Shown: positions 17,975-42,198 of the stretch, piece after piece
Layout: every line of letters begins with the position of its first letter
Numbering within the stretch: the stretch's first letter is position 1
NCBI GenBank assembly: GCA_964016885.1
Contig: CAXHJY010000528.1
Location: 1 to 64,000 of the forward strand
DNA length: 64,000 nucleotides
DNA from: Eledone cirrhosa
Taxonomy: Eukaryota
Direction of reading: 5' to 3'
The notes under the pieces: generated by a model
Databases searched by the model: none
Seen by the model: the letters and a program-made list of their open reading frames with translations, nothing else
What the model was told of the DNA's origin: nothing
Translations under genes and position numbers: made by a program

Positions 17975-18161
17975 TAGTTTCGAATGAATGCATACATTTT
18001 CCGATGATTTGAGTATTAAATTCTCTTGTCTGTAAAGCCATAAGAATATATACGATGGTGTAAATCTATATGTATGTACGTACTCATATGTATGTGTGTG
18101 TATATATTCATGCATATAAGTGTGTGTGTGTGTGTGTGAATATATATATTCATACATACAA

Positions 18162-18224
<63 letters not shown>

Positions 18225-18524
18225 CATTCACGATTCATTATGTATACGTGAGCTAACATGTATAAGTGAGTGAAATACGAACTTGCAGAGTCGTCAGGTC
18301 ATCAGATAGATAGCTTTGCTGTATTCATTCTGGCTATTATTGAATATTTCACTGCTCCTCTATATTTCTATATCTCACCCTTCATCACTCGAAGACATAC
18401 ATTGTGTTAGGAACTGGGAATGGATGGGATCTGGCAGGTTAAAGATGCCTAAGGCCCTGCTGCTACGACTGTATCGGGAACTACGGGTTAATATATCCAC
18501 AAATAAATATTCATACTTTATGAT

Positions 18525-18559
<35 letters not shown>

Positions 18560-19249
18560 GCATACATATAAGTCCACATATATATAGGCCCACACATACA
18601 TATATACATACACACACACACATACATAAACACTCAAATAAACACTCAAATAAACACTCAATCATATATATATATATATATATATAAACACACTCGTGTA
18701 TAAACACATATACAAACATATATACATAAACACACACAAACACACACATATATATATATAGATATATATATATATATATACATAAACACACACACATATA
18801 TATATATTGAGTATATATATATACACGCACCTGTACATATGTGTATATATAATTGTATATATTTATAAAGAAATATACGTATTTGTATGAACATATATAT
18901 ATATATATAAACATATACACATGTATATATATATATATACGTGTATGTGTGTGTATTCGTATAAACATACATATGCATATATACACATATGCATATATAA
19001 ACATGTACCTCTTTCGTCGTTCATTATCCATTTTTTTATGAGTTTTTCGCAAGTCTATAGTGTTTTATATAATTAATATTCTTCTCTTCAAATTAAATGA
19101 ACCTTGTTATCAACAACATTTTTTTATAAGCCTCCATTCTTTCAGGTGAAACTAATTTTCTAAATTGAAGCGCTAAGTGTGTTTTATTGTATTCTGTTAA
19201 TTGTTTCATAGTTCTAGGTTAATTGAGTGGCCACACACATACACTGTGT

Positions 19250-27582
<8,333 letters not shown>

Positions 27583-28010
27583 CACAACCGGCCTGATATT
27601 GTAGTTTGGGACCACACATTGAAAACGTGTTCTGTTGTGGAGATCAGCTGCCCACTTGATGTAAACGTTGTCAGAAAAATACAGGAGAAGGAGGACATCT
27701 ACGGACCATTGATGAGGAGTTTACAAATCCAGTATCCAAGATACACCTTTAGCTTCATACCCATCATAATTGGGGCTACGGGTTATATACCAACCCGCTT
27801 GGACCAAAGTATGACTGAACTTGGATTTGTGGACAAAAAGCGCAGCTCCCTAATTCATAGTCTACAAATGGCTGCGATAGCTGGCACCTTCAAAATTTGC
27901 AAAAGATTCTTGCGATTCAAGGGATGACAATTTCTTTTCTTTTACAACCTTGCCACCAGGAAGGTGGCCGGTCAAAAAATATACTCGAAATTAAGAGAAA
28001 GAGAAAAATA
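27583..28010 (+). mobile_element. R4/Dong-like LINE 3' end (restriction-like endonuclease domain)
   Basis: [41 protein letters not shown], stop at 27927, short 3' UTR, embedded in (TACA)n. Confidence 0.85.
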
Positions 28011-28256
28011 TACATACATATATACATACATATATACATACATACATATATACATAAATATATACTTACATACATATATACATACATATATATACATACA
28101 TACATACATATATATATACATACATATATACATACGTACATATATATATACATACATACATATATATATACATACGTACATATATATATACATACGTACA
28201 TATATATATACATACGTACATATATATATACATACGTACATATATATATACATACG

Positions 28257-29183
28257 TGGTGGCTGCCAACTCGTTTTCGAGTACGGCCACTACTTTATAT
28301 CCATGTAGGATAACCCCTACCGAAGCGCTGAACGAGTGTGACTTTTTAGTCCAGCCAGCGACTTGAAACCTCTGGTACAAACACTACACTTGTGACAATT
28401 ATTGACACATAGTGCTGGGCCCATGGTACCATGTGAGGACAAGTGCAGGGAGATCTCCAGATATAAAGCAATGCCTGTGCCGTGAAGCTTTTATAGTGAG
28501 CAAAGGCACTGCACAAAGCCAGTCCCACTCTCTTAACCAAGATGATATTTACCAAAAAGAAGAACAAGTCAACATCATTGGATACCATCAGGGTTGCAGG
28601 TGTTATATCAGAGTTTTCCTTCTCCAACAATGCCTGTGCCGTGAAGCTTTTATAGTGAGCAAAGGCAATGCACAAAGCCAGTCCCACTCTCTTAACCAAG
28701 ATGATATTTACCAAAAAGAAGAACAAGTCAACATCATTGGATACCATCAGGGTTGCAGGTGTTATATCAGAGTTGTCCTTCTCCAACAATGCCTGTGCCG
28801 TGAAGCTTTTATAGTGAGCAAAGGCAATGCACAAAGCCAGTCCCACTCTCTTAACCAAGATGATATTTACCAAAAAGAAGAACAAGTCAACATCATTGGA
28901 TACCATCAGGGTTGCAGGTGTTATATCAGAGTTGTCCTTCTCCAAGAATTCTGCCTTGACAAAGGCTAAGGGGTCATCTCTCCTGGTGATTTTGGATGGC
29001 CACTGACTCTTAAGAGCTCCTTTGCCCTTTGACAGGTTTTGTTTTTAGTCCTGCATGATGTCCAAAGTCACCCTCCTCACAAGAAACCTTGGTGGGGTTG
29101 CCAGTTTAGTCGCCAACGACCCGACCATGAGAGAGGTTGTACTGAGATACATGTTACCAGTAGCACCAACTGCTGACCTGACA
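28257..29183 (-). mobile_element. RTE-derived bipartite non-autonomous element, copy 1 (three 159-bp internal units)
   Basis: RTE-like 5' leader plus 3' end encoding C2H2 [20 protein letters not shown]; internal units start at 28469, 28628, 28787. Confidence 0.7.
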
Positions 29184-29332
29184 TATGTATACATACATAT
29201 ATATATACATATATATATTCATACATACATATATATATATTCATACATACATATATATATACATATATATATTCATACATACATATATATATACATATAT
29301 ATATTCATACATACATATATATATACATACAT

Positions 29333-29920
29333 ACAAGTGCAGAGAGATCTCCAGATATAAAGCAATACCTGTGCCGTGAAGCTTTTATAGTGAGCAAAAG
29401 TACTGCACATAGCCAGTCCCACTCTCTTAACCATGATGATATTTACCAAAAAGAAGAACAAGTCAACATCATAGGATACCATCAGGGTTGCAGGTGTTAT
29501 ATCAGAGTTGTCCTTCTCCAACAATGCCTGTGCCGTGAAGCTTTTATAGTGAGCAAAGGCAATGCACAAAGCCAGTCCCACTCTCTTAACCAAGATGATA
29601 TTTACCAAAAAGAAGAACAAGTCAACATCATTGGATACCATCAGGGTTGCAGGTGTTATATCAGAGTTGTCCTTCTCCAAGAATTCTGCCTTGACAAAGG
29701 CTAAGGGGTCATCTCTCCTGGTGATTTTGGATGGCCACTGACTCTTAAGAGCTCCTTTGCCCTTTGACAGGTTTTGTTTTTAGTCCTGCATGATGTCCAA
29801 AGTCACCCTCCTCACCAAGAAACCTTGGTGGGGTTGCCAGTTTAGTCGCCAACGACCCGACCATGAGAGAGGTTGTACTGAGATACATGTTACCAGTAGC
29901 ACCAACTGCTGACCTGACAT
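29333..29920 (-). mobile_element. Same element, copy 2 (two internal units, 3' end missing)
   Basis: Near-identical to copy 1. Confidence 0.75.
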
Positions 29921-30041
29921 ATGTATACATACATATATATATACATATATATATTCATACATACATATATATATATTCATACATACATATATATATACAT
30001 ATATATATTCATACATACATATATATATACATATATATATT

Positions 30042-30075
<34 letters not shown>

Positions 30076-30880
30076 TACATACATATATATATATATACAT
30101 ACATATATATATATATACATACATATATATATATTCATATACATATATATATATTCATACATACATATATATATATACATACATATATATATATACATAC
30201 ATATATATATATACATACATATATATATATATACATACATATATATATACATACATACATATATATATACATACATACATATATATATACATACATACAT
30301 ATATATATACATACATACATATATATATACATACATACATATATATATACATACATACATATATATATACATACATACATATATATATACATACATACAT
30401 ATATATATACATACATATATATATATATATATATACATACATATATATATATACATACATATATATATACATACATATATATATACATATATATATACAT
30501 ACATATATATATACATACATATATATATACATACATATATATATACATACATATATATATACATACATATATATATACATACATATATATATACATACAT
30601 ATATATATATATACATATATATATACATACATATATATATATATACATATATATATACATACATATATATATATACATACATATATATATACATACATAT
30701 ATATATACATACATATATATATATATACATATATATATACATACATATATATATATATACATATATATATACACATATATATACACACATATATATACAC
30801 ATATATATATATATACGTAGATATATATACATATATATACCTAGATATATATATATATATATATATACCTAGATATATAT
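29921..30880. repeat. (TACA)/(TA) compound microsatellite
   Basis: Visible directly. Confidence 0.9.
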
Positions 30881-30881
30881 A

Positions 30882-31480
30882 TGGTGGCTGCCAACTCTTT
30901 TCGAGTACGGCCACTACTTTATATCCATGTAGGAGAAACCCTACCGTTGCGCTGAACGAGTGTGACTTTTTAGTCCAGCCAGCGACTGGTACAAACACTA
31001 CACTTGTGACAATTATTGATACATAGTGCTGGGCCCATGGTACCATGTGACGACAAGTGCAGAGAGATCACCATATATGAAGCAATGCCTGTGCCGTGAA
31101 GCTTTTATAGTGAGCAAAGGCACTGCACAAAGCCAGTCCCACTCTCTTAACCAAGATGATATTTACCAAAAAGAAGAACAAGTCAACATCATTGGATACC
31201 ATAAGGGTTGCAGGTGTTATATCAGAGTTTTCCTTCTCCTAGAATTCTGCCTTGACAAAGGCTAAGGGGTCATCTCTCCCGGTGATTTTGGATGGCCATT
31301 GACTCTTAAGAGCTCCTTTGCCCTTTGACAGGTTCTCTTTTTAGTCCTGCAGGATCTCCAAAGTCACCCTCCTCACCAAGAAACATTGGTGGGGTTGCCA
31401 GTTTAGTCGCCAACGATCCGACCGTGGGGCAGGTTGTACTGGAATACATGTTACCAGTAGCACCAACTGGTGACCTGACA
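30882..31480 (-). mobile_element. Same element, copy 3 (single unit, both ends present, about 600 bp)
   Basis: Both termini present: tgtcaggtc... and ...ggcagccacca. Confidence 0.75.
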
Positions 31481-31585
31481 TAAACATACATATATAAGTA
31501 CATACATATATGCGTATATAGGTACATACATAAATATGTTACATACATACGTATATAGGTACATACATGCATATGTACATACTAT

Positions 31586-32090
31586 ATTGGTAAAACTTTG
31601 TGAAATTAGAAAACTAGAAGAACATATATACATACTTATGCAGAACTGATGAGAAATCTGCAGATACTCTACCCTGATTACACCTTCAGATTTATGCCTG
31701 TGATTATTGGGGCACTGGGGTATGTTAGTAACTGCCTCAATACAAATCTTGAGAAGCTGGGCTTCACAGGAACAGAAAGAACAACTAGTTAGGAAATTAC
31801 ATGTACAATCCATTAATGGAACAGTAAAATTATGTAAAACATTCCAAAAATGTTGCATCTAATAACTGCATATACACGTACAGATACAAAGCATAAACAC
31901 ATGCACACATACAACTCAAAACATACACATCAACACATACAATAACATCCATATCTACACATTCATGCATGCATGCATAATCTACCTAGTTGATGTTGTG
32001 TAAATTCCAATGAGAGAGTCTTGAGTCTATGTTAGAAACCAACTCTCTCTGTTGGGAAAAAATTTGTGAAATTATAAAACCAGAAGAACA
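31586..32090 (+). mobile_element. Second R4/Dong-like family: tiny 3' terminus (31586-31624) and longer 3' fragment (31636-32090)
   Basis: YAELMRNLQILYPDYTFRFMPVIIGALGYV..LEKLGF..GTVKLCKTF, homologous to 27583; both pieces end tgtgaaatta.aaaac.agaagaaca then tac/tat repeats. Confidence 0.8.
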
Positions 32091-32110
32091 TACGTATATA
32101 GGTACATACA

Positions 32111-32534
32111 TGGTGGCTGCCAACTTGTTTTCGAGTACAGCCACTACTTTATATCCATGTAGGAGAACCCCTACCGATGCGCTGAACGGGTGTGACTTTT
32201 TAGTCCAACCAGCGACTTGAAAATTCTGGTACAAACACTACACATGTGAAAATTATTGACAGTGCTGGGCCCATGGTACCATGTGACGACAAGTGCAGAG
32301 AGATCTCCAGATATAAAGCAATACCTGTGCCGTGAAGCTTTTATAGTGAGCAAAAGTACTGCACATAGCCAGTCCCACTCTCTTAACCATGATGATATTT
32401 ACCAAAAAGAAGAACAAGTCAACATCATAGGATACCATCAGGGTTGCAGGTGTTATATCAGAGTTGTCCTTCTCCAAGAATTCTGCCTTGACAAAGGCTA
32501 AGGGATCATCTCTCCCGATGATTTTGGATGGCCA
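32111..32534 (-). mobile_element. RTE-derived element, copy 4 (5'-truncated)
   Basis: ORF 32171-32353 ends [23 protein letters not shown]. Confidence 0.75.
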
Positions 32535-32811
32535 TACATACATACGTACGTATATACGTACATACGTATATACGTGCATACACGCATATAAGTACATAAG
32601 TACGTATATTCCTACATACCTATATACGTACCTAGATATGTATATACGTACCTACATATACATGTACGTACATACCTACATGCTTATATGCATATATACA
32701 TGTATACCTACATATATACAAACATATGTACATTATATGTATACGTACATTTATACAAACGTACATTATATATACGTAGATACATACGAATATATATATA
32801 TTTATATACAG

Positions 32812-33176
32812 TAGAATGATCGAGAATCGGAATATCGGCCCACAAAATCACGATAAACAATATCCGACATGTGTGGCAGAGGGCTCAATAGTTAACTATC
32901 GTTAAAATACCAACACACAGAGATATACAAATAGTAAAACAATGAAATTAAACAAAAACCGGTTAATTCATAGTAAAAATAATTATTTTACGATCGTTTC
33001 TGGGGTGTAGTTCCCCGTATGCCCATTCTATTATTGATCTATGTAAAATATATTACAAAATATCATAGTAAGAAAATATACATACGTCTTCACTACTCGC
33101 CGTTTTCACCGTCTTCACCGTTTTATGAATTAACCGTTTTCTGTTTAATTTCATTGTTTTACTATTTGTATATATC
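32812..33176. mobile_element. Fold-back PLE-like remnant
   Basis: Inverted arms 32922-32971 and 33124-33176; left unique tail; minus-strand GAAAcgatcgTA. Confidence 0.55.
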
Positions 33177-33315
33177 ATTCTGAATATATATGGCGTTATT
33201 TTGACAGAGTTCTCAGAGCCTTAGGCTTTGATGCGTTGGCATATGTATTCCTTCTCCCTAAGCAAGTGTTCGAATCACATTCAGATTTTCTTTGCTATAC
33301 ACAATTACACAATAA

Positions 33316-33755
33316 TGTTTCCTTATATAGGCACAGCCCAGCAATTTTCTAGTCAATTAAATCAACCCGAATGCATTACTGGTACTTTATTTTATCGACC
33401 CCCGTAAGGATGAAAGGCAAAGTTATCCTCGGCGGATTTGAACTCAGTTCGTAAAGGGCCGTAACTCTATGCCGCAAAGCATGGTTTTAGTTTATACATT
33501 ATATATGGTTTTTAGTTATATATTTATATCTATTATGAAAATATATATACAGCAACCGCCATAATGATTTCTATTATAGGCACAAGGCCAGCAATTTTCG
33601 AGAGGTGAAGGAAGTTGATTAAATCAACCCCAGTGCATTACTGGTACTTTATTTTATCAACCCCGCAAGGATGAAAGGCAAAATTAACCTCGGCTGGATT
33701 TGAACTCAGATCATAAAAGGCCGACTCTCTACCGATACTGCCAATCCACCGCCCT
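33316..33755 (-). mobile_element. Two tRNA-derived SINE copies (Meta/MESC-like)
   Basis: Reverse complement of the 2513 family. Confidence 0.8.
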
Positions 33756-33869
33756 CAATAGAATTACATCTTCCACATTATATATACACAAACACGTAGA
33801 GAGTAGAGCTCAGCTAAGCCGGCCATTACCATAACTCCGCTCTAACGAACGTTAGCGTTCATATATTCT

Positions 33870-34155
33870 GGCACTCGGTCGGTTACGATGAAGAGTGTTC
33901 TAGGTGCTACTTTAAACGGGACAGCCTGCTCATGAAATTAACGTGCAAGTGGCTGAGTATTCCACAGGCACGTACAGTTAATTCAGCGTGATAATGACTG
34001 TGACAAGTGTGGCCTTTCAAATTAAGGCTACAACCCATTTTTGCCAGCTGAGTGGTCTGGAGCAACGTGAAATAAAAAGTCTTGATCAAGGACAAAACGT
34101 GCTGCCGGTAATCGAACTCACGGCCTTACGAGTCTGAACCAAATACCCTAACCAA
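33870..34155 (-). mobile_element. CORE-SINE, near full length
   Basis: Minus-strand tRNA head (gagttcgatt), CORE-like 'gtccttgatcaagac..tttcacgttgctccagaccactcagctggc', tail shared with 16575. Confidence 0.7.
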
Positions 34156-34207
34156 AAAGACACGCGTCTTCAAAAATAATATAAAAAACAGATTCCTGTT
34201 ATACGGA

Positions 34208-34666
34208 ATATATATATATATATAAATATATAAATAAATATATAAATAAATATATAAATAAATATATAAATATATATATAAATAAATATATATATAAATA
34301 TATATATAAATAAATATATATATAAATATATATATAAATAAATATATATATAAATATATATATAAATAAATATATATATAAATATATAAATAAATAAATA
34401 TATATATAAATATATAAATAAATAAATATATATATAAATATATAAATAAATAAATATATAAATAAATAAATATATATATATATATAAATAAATATATATA
34501 TATAAATAAATATATATATATAAATAAATATATATATATATAAATATATATAAATAAATAAATATATATATATAAATATATATAAATAAATATATATAAA
34601 TATATATATAAATAAATATATATATATAAATATATATATATATAAATATATATATATATAAATATA

Positions 34667-34700
<34 letters not shown>

Positions 34701-34820
34701 AATACATATATATATATATAAATACATATATATATATAAATATAAATATATATATATAAATAAATATATATATATATAAATATAAATATATAAATATATA
34801 TATATATATAAATATATATT
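34208..34820. repeat. (TA)nAA / (TAAA) compound microsatellite
   Basis: Visible directly. Confidence 0.95.
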
Positions 34821-34953
34821 CACAAGTGTTTTTTAAGCTTCATATCATGTATCCCTATTTTATCTGATGTAAACGCAGATATCCCATGATGATATTTGTT
34901 TTTGAAATGCGCATAATAAAATACTTGGAACTCCTTTAACCATATTTCGATCT

Positions 34954-34989
<36 letters not shown>

Positions 34990-34991
<2 letters not shown>

Positions 34992-35151
34992 CGAAGGAAA
35001 TGTGGTAAGGAACCAGGTGGACCATAACGCACCAAAGTACTCAATACTTGGGGTAGTAGAGTGGGTAATAGGAACCAGTAAGACCCCGACGGCTGAGTCC
35101 AGAATTAGCCGTCGTAACGGCTTGAGCTAAGCCGTCGGGGTCTTACTGGTT

Positions 35152-35155
<4 letters not shown>
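34990..35155 (-). mobile_element. Fold-back mini element with hammerhead 3' half and tail
   Basis: taggaaccagtaagaccccgacggct / agccgtcggggtcttactggttccta; same family as 53627; (TA)n on both sides. Confidence 0.7.
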
Positions 35156-35195
<40 letters not shown>

Positions 35196-35202
<7 letters not shown>

Positions 35203-35370
35203 GACGTAAAATAAGAAAATTTAAAAAAAATGTTTTAATTTCCTTATTTTACGTCTTTCATATAATTGTTCTGCATCCTCCTGCATTGAACCACCTGGGT
35301 ACTATGACATAACTTATGTATTTGCTAGCATTAGTGTACATCTGTACGCAAATGTTGGTAGATATACTAA
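35196..35370 (+). mobile_element. Fold-back mini element (family of the 12560-12790 remnant)
   Basis: tatgaaagacgtaaaataag / cttattttacgtctttcata plus unique tail. Confidence 0.6.
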
Positions 35371-35997
35371 TTCTCTCTCTCTATATATATATATACATAT
35401 ATATGTGTGTGTTTACTGAGGTGAGATAAGAGAAAGGAAAATAAAATGAATAACTTACTATTTTTAGAAGCAGAAAAATTAGTACTTCTTTGAAATTAGT
35501 ATAGAAATGTACAGAGGTGGCGAATTGGAAACGTCAGCCATTAGAACGGGGAATAGAATGGTTTGGTGCAATCCTTCCGGCTGTCTTAGGTCAAATCTTG
35601 TTGAGGTCAAATTTGTTTCTCATACTTTCGAGATCGATAAAAACAAAATGTACCAGTCAAGCATTAGGGCCGCTTCTTCCTATAAGTCTATTTCTAACTT
35701 CCTTTTACTCTCTTTCTTTCAAAGAACTCGGCTTCTATCGTTGTGCTTTCATGTGTAGCAGTCCAGAAAGGAATAAACGCCGAAAAACGTTGAATTTTTC
35801 TTCTTTTATAATAGGATAGTCCATTTAGTAAATGGGGGAGAGGGATCAGTTCATTTAAGAAATTATTAAATGTAAATTTTCTCTCCAGTATAAAATTAAT
35901 GTATCTTTCTTGGCAGTTTCAAATCATTCTAGACAGATTCAAATCTTGAACAGATGTTTTCCAACATCCGCTACTTCAAACTTCTTTCTCTCCCTCA

Positions 35998-36039
<42 letters not shown>

Positions 36040-36045
<6 letters not shown>

Positions 36046-36226
36046 TTATTGTATAGAAGGAGCTTCTACAGGACTAGTACTGTTTCATTCTTCCTGAAGA
36101 TTTCATCTGAATGAAAGAGTACTAGTCCTGTAGAAGCTCCTTCTATACAATAAATATATTTTACTCTGTCATGTATTGAGTACCTTACTTACTGTGGTTA
36201 TCCCCGACTCAACCCGGGACCTACGT
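36040..36226 (+). mobile_element. Fold-back mini element with minimal hammerhead
   Basis: Arms atatttattgtatagaaggagcttctacaggactagtact / reverse complement; centre CTGAAGA-tttc..gaat-GAAA..GTC; tail with gtattgagtac. Confidence 0.75.
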
Positions 36227-36870
36227 ATATATATATATATATTGAAAAGTAAACCTCATTTGGTCTTTCCATGAGAGTATCTTGGTCAGCTTATGACTTT
36301 TTCACCGGGCCCTCGTGTCTCTTTCTCACTTCTTCTCTATGATGTCCTTTATTCTTTCCTTCTTTGGAAGAAATCAGCTGCGTTATGACCTGTAGAGAAG
36401 GGATTCCTGCACCAGGGTTATAAGACCCACCATATACCGTATGAAAAATGATTCTCACTTGGTCATTCAATGAGATTATCTTGGTCAGCCAACCCTTGTA
36501 TCAATACAGTGTTGTTGATGTTTGTTAGTGATGTGTAGAAGTCGGCGAGTCATTGTTGTCCTAAATGGTCTCTGATTTAGGTACAAAGGCAACAATTTTG
36601 GGGGAGGGGGAGACAATTAAATCGACTTTATTTTGGCAACAATGTTATGGCACTTCAATTCTATCGAAAGAGAGATACTTCCGAGTTACATTCAGTAAAA
36701 AATATCTTTAAAAGATAATTCAAATAGTTATAGTAAAAACTACGAGACAGATTGTTGCAAAGATTTTCAGTAAATAAAAATAAAACATTAAATTATTAAA
36801 ATGGTGTAGATATAGTGCTATTGTTTACTGTTCAAAAATGTTTTGCTAATGTGGTTTCATGATATACAGG

Positions 36871-37031
36871 CAGACCTGCCAACTTCTAAAAACCCACACG
36901 GGGAATAACATGAAAAAAAGGAGAAATAAGGTAAAATGGAGAGGTTTTACATCATGAAAGCTATAGCCATTTTCACAAGAGAATACATCTCTCACCCACC
37001 CCAAAATGGGTGGGAGGAGTTGTCAGGTCTG
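36871..37031. mobile_element. Putative hAT-like MITE
   Basis: TIR cagacctgccaact / agttgtcaggtctg (one mismatch); no clear TSD. Confidence 0.5.
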
Positions 37032-37765
37032 TGTAGATGCAAAGCTGTTGTGTAATTTTCAAGAATGTTTTGCTAATGTGGCTGCAAACAAAAATAAAAA
37101 CTTTAATTTGCAAAGTAGTGTAGATATAGTGCTGTTTTGCTGTCAAGAACTTTTTGCTAATGTGGTGTCATGAGGTACAGGACGTTACATAATCTAAATA
37201 ACAATTGTGACTGTTATTTACTTATTTTATCACATCATGCTGTTCTCCAGGTGGTGTTGCTTTCACAATTGTAAAATATGTTCCTAGTAATTTGTCTATG
37301 TCAAATTTCTGAACGCGCTGCGACTTAACAAATGAAATATGTTTTTTACTAACACAATTAAGCAATGTTATGGTATTAAGAAACACCTGCTATTTTTGTT
37401 ATTCTTTATATCACTGTTGAAAAACATTTCATCTTACATTAAAAGCTTATAATGAATGACAAAAAATATATTATTTTATAAACACTGTTTTTATCGTCTT
37501 ATATGTCCAGGGTTCGATTTTATATTTGTCAAATGCCACGGCTTAAAATTTAAATAAAAAAAATATTTCTAATGTGGCCCACCTTTACAAAACATTTTCT
37601 AGTCCCTATTAAAAAGCTTTTTCTTTTTGGGGCACTTGATATAGGCTGAGAAACAGTATTTTCTCTGTTAAAATTGAATAAAGAATTATATCAGAATATT
37701 CGCTTTAAAGTTCTCTGTGTATTGTTATTTTGAACTGTAGGGATATTATTTTTGATTATAGAGTA

Positions 37766-37957
37766 ATGGATTGGCAGTATCGGTAGAGGGTCGGACGCCA
37801 TACTTTCCAGCATAGAGTTATGTCCCTTTACGGTCTGAGTTCAAATCACGCCGAGGTTAACTCTGCCTTTCATCTTTACGGGATCGATAAAATAAAGTAC
37901 CAGTAATACACTGGGATAATTGCTCTCCTTGTGCCAAAAGTAGAAATAATTATTATT
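37766..37957 (+). mobile_element. tRNA-derived SINE (Meta/MESC-like)
   Basis: 2513 family. Confidence 0.85.
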
Positions 37958-38249
37958 TTGGATTGTGAATTTAAAATTTGGTGTATCGTTACTGCATATG
38001 GTGCGTGGCTCGGAGATCTTGGAGTCGCTCTAAGTGGAGCCGCTATTTTGAGAGATCCTAGATCCGGTACTACATTCTAAAGGAATCGCAAGGTAGAGGT
38101 TACAAGCAAAGCCACCCGCAGAATCCCCATGGTGGGTGACAATCAAGATGGTTGGAAAACATCTATAAGCTCGGTTGGTCTCGCATGAGGATCCACCCAG
38201 TAGATTTCGAGGTGACCTTAGAAAGAAATGGGCGAAAAAGAAGAAATTA

Positions 38250-38447
38250 TATTAATTGTTTCTACTTTTGGCACAAGGCGAGCAATTATCCCAGTGTATT
38301 ACTGGTACTTTATTTTATCGACCCCCGTAAGGATGAAAGGCAGAGTTAATCTCGGCGGGATTTGAACTCAGACCCTAAAGGGTCGTAACTCTTTGCTGCA
38401 AAGCATGGGCGTCCGACCCTCTACCGATACTGCCAATCCACTGCCCA
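38250..38447 (-). mobile_element. tRNA-derived SINE, inverted relative to 37766
   Basis: Reverse complement of the 2513 family. Confidence 0.85.
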
Positions 38448-38824
38448 TTTTAGACACAACCAGTCATTTCATTGTTTCTATCTGGAAAAAAAAAATTGGC
38501 TGCGTTCCGACATGGAAAGCGATAGGATCTAGAAGGTTTCAATGACCAAAGAAACAGAGTTTGTCATGATGGCGCCCATAGAACACCAGCAATAGTTAAG
38601 GGCTTTATTTCATTATATTTTTCTGAAAAAACTTTCGGATTAAGCAAATAAAACCGCGAGACAAAACAATATGGTGGGAATTCGTATCATTTGCATGATA
38701 CGAATTCCGTTTTTCTTTTCATAAATTTCAACGCATTGACAGATACATACATCACGAAACACAGACCCAAGCACATTAACAATGTCAAATACTGCCCTCC
38801 CGCCGGTATTTCTTCTAGTATACA

Positions 38825-39270
<446 letters not shown>

Positions 39271-39479
39271 TTAATGCTGTTCATATTATCATCTCGTCCA
39301 GACAATTAAATATATTCGTGATTAAGAGTTTGTATTTGGTGGCTGTCTCAGAGATAATTTCTTCTTGGAGTAATTAATTCTGAAGTTTCCTCAAGAATTG
39401 GCATTACGTATGCTGCTGTGTACACATTATTACGTATATGGACATATTTATACACTTGTAAGCACACACAAGGCCGCAC

Positions 39480-41130
<1,651 letters not shown>

Positions 41131-41440
41131 TTTGTATTTCCTAATTTCACTGAGTATATCGACTGATAATCGATAATCAAAAGTATCTCAAGAGAACAAA
41201 AACGACACAAAACCTACAAAACAAAAACCAAAACGAATACAGCAATGTTTTTTAAACCATATAATAATAGCTGCTATTTTCTGTACTTATTCTGCAGATA
41301 ATTATATTTCAATTGTTTCCAATCACAAAATACAACAATAAAATCATATTAACAAACAACAGTGGTGACATATAACATCTGAGATGATATACCTCATACA
41401 TACATACATATAAATATTCTCATGAACGTAGATGCACACA

Positions 41441-41485
<45 letters not shown>

Positions 41486-41840
41486 CGCAGACCAGACCAT
41501 CTCTTCCTCCCGTTAGACCTGTGCGAAATTCCTTCCTTGCTCACATTTCAACCAGGTTTGATGGTCTTTATTCTCTCGTTCACGATTTCACCGAACTTAA
41601 ATTCATAGAAATCTGGGACTTGTCTCCTTCTTCCTCACTTTCTGTTGCCTCACCATTTTGTTTGTTTACCCTCGCGTCCCCTTTATTTACGTGTCCCAAC
41701 GACTTTTTTTAGCCGTTGCTCGCACCAACCGGAGGTATATGGTCTTTAAAGCGCTGAAATGCCTATGATAGTTGGAAGATCACTGATGAAGGACAAACGT
41801 TTTTCATATGTAACCCATTTGCAACTCCCCAGCGCCCTTA
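41486..41840 (+). mobile_element. Interspersed repeat, possibly a PLE 3' region; inverted partner at 45380-45760
   Basis: 'cccgttagacctgtgcgaaattccttccttgct.acatttcaaccaggtttgatggtc' in both copies. Confidence 0.6.
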
Positions 41841-42198
41841 TTATAATATTTACACATATATATAGGGAGTGTAACTTGGAGTTACTGTAGGTTCACCCGG
41901 GTGACCACTCTTTTCAATATATATATTATTTTGTTCCTTTAACACCTTGTCCCTTCTACCATTTTATCAATTTTTTAAGCTAACTCCAACAATAACAACA
42001 CTTAGAATGAGGAATGTTCTAATAACTGACCAATGAGAGGAGAAGAGGCCCTTTGACACTGAAATTCCTTTGTTTGAATGCATATGATTCCAGTTCCTCA
42101 GTGAAATAACAACCCAACCAGGAACTGGGCATATCAGAGTATTGACAATATTATACACCTCAACAACACATGTACTTGTCTATACCACACTAATTCAA

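Noticed and set aside
28346-28969. 53-aa tandem-repeat proteins on both strands
   Set aside because: Result of a 159-bp duplication inside a non-autonomous element; no recognisable domain
38674-38708. 13-bp hairpin ggaattcgtatca/tgatacgaattcc
   Set aside because: Isolated, no hammerhead core or second copy, so it cannot be assigned
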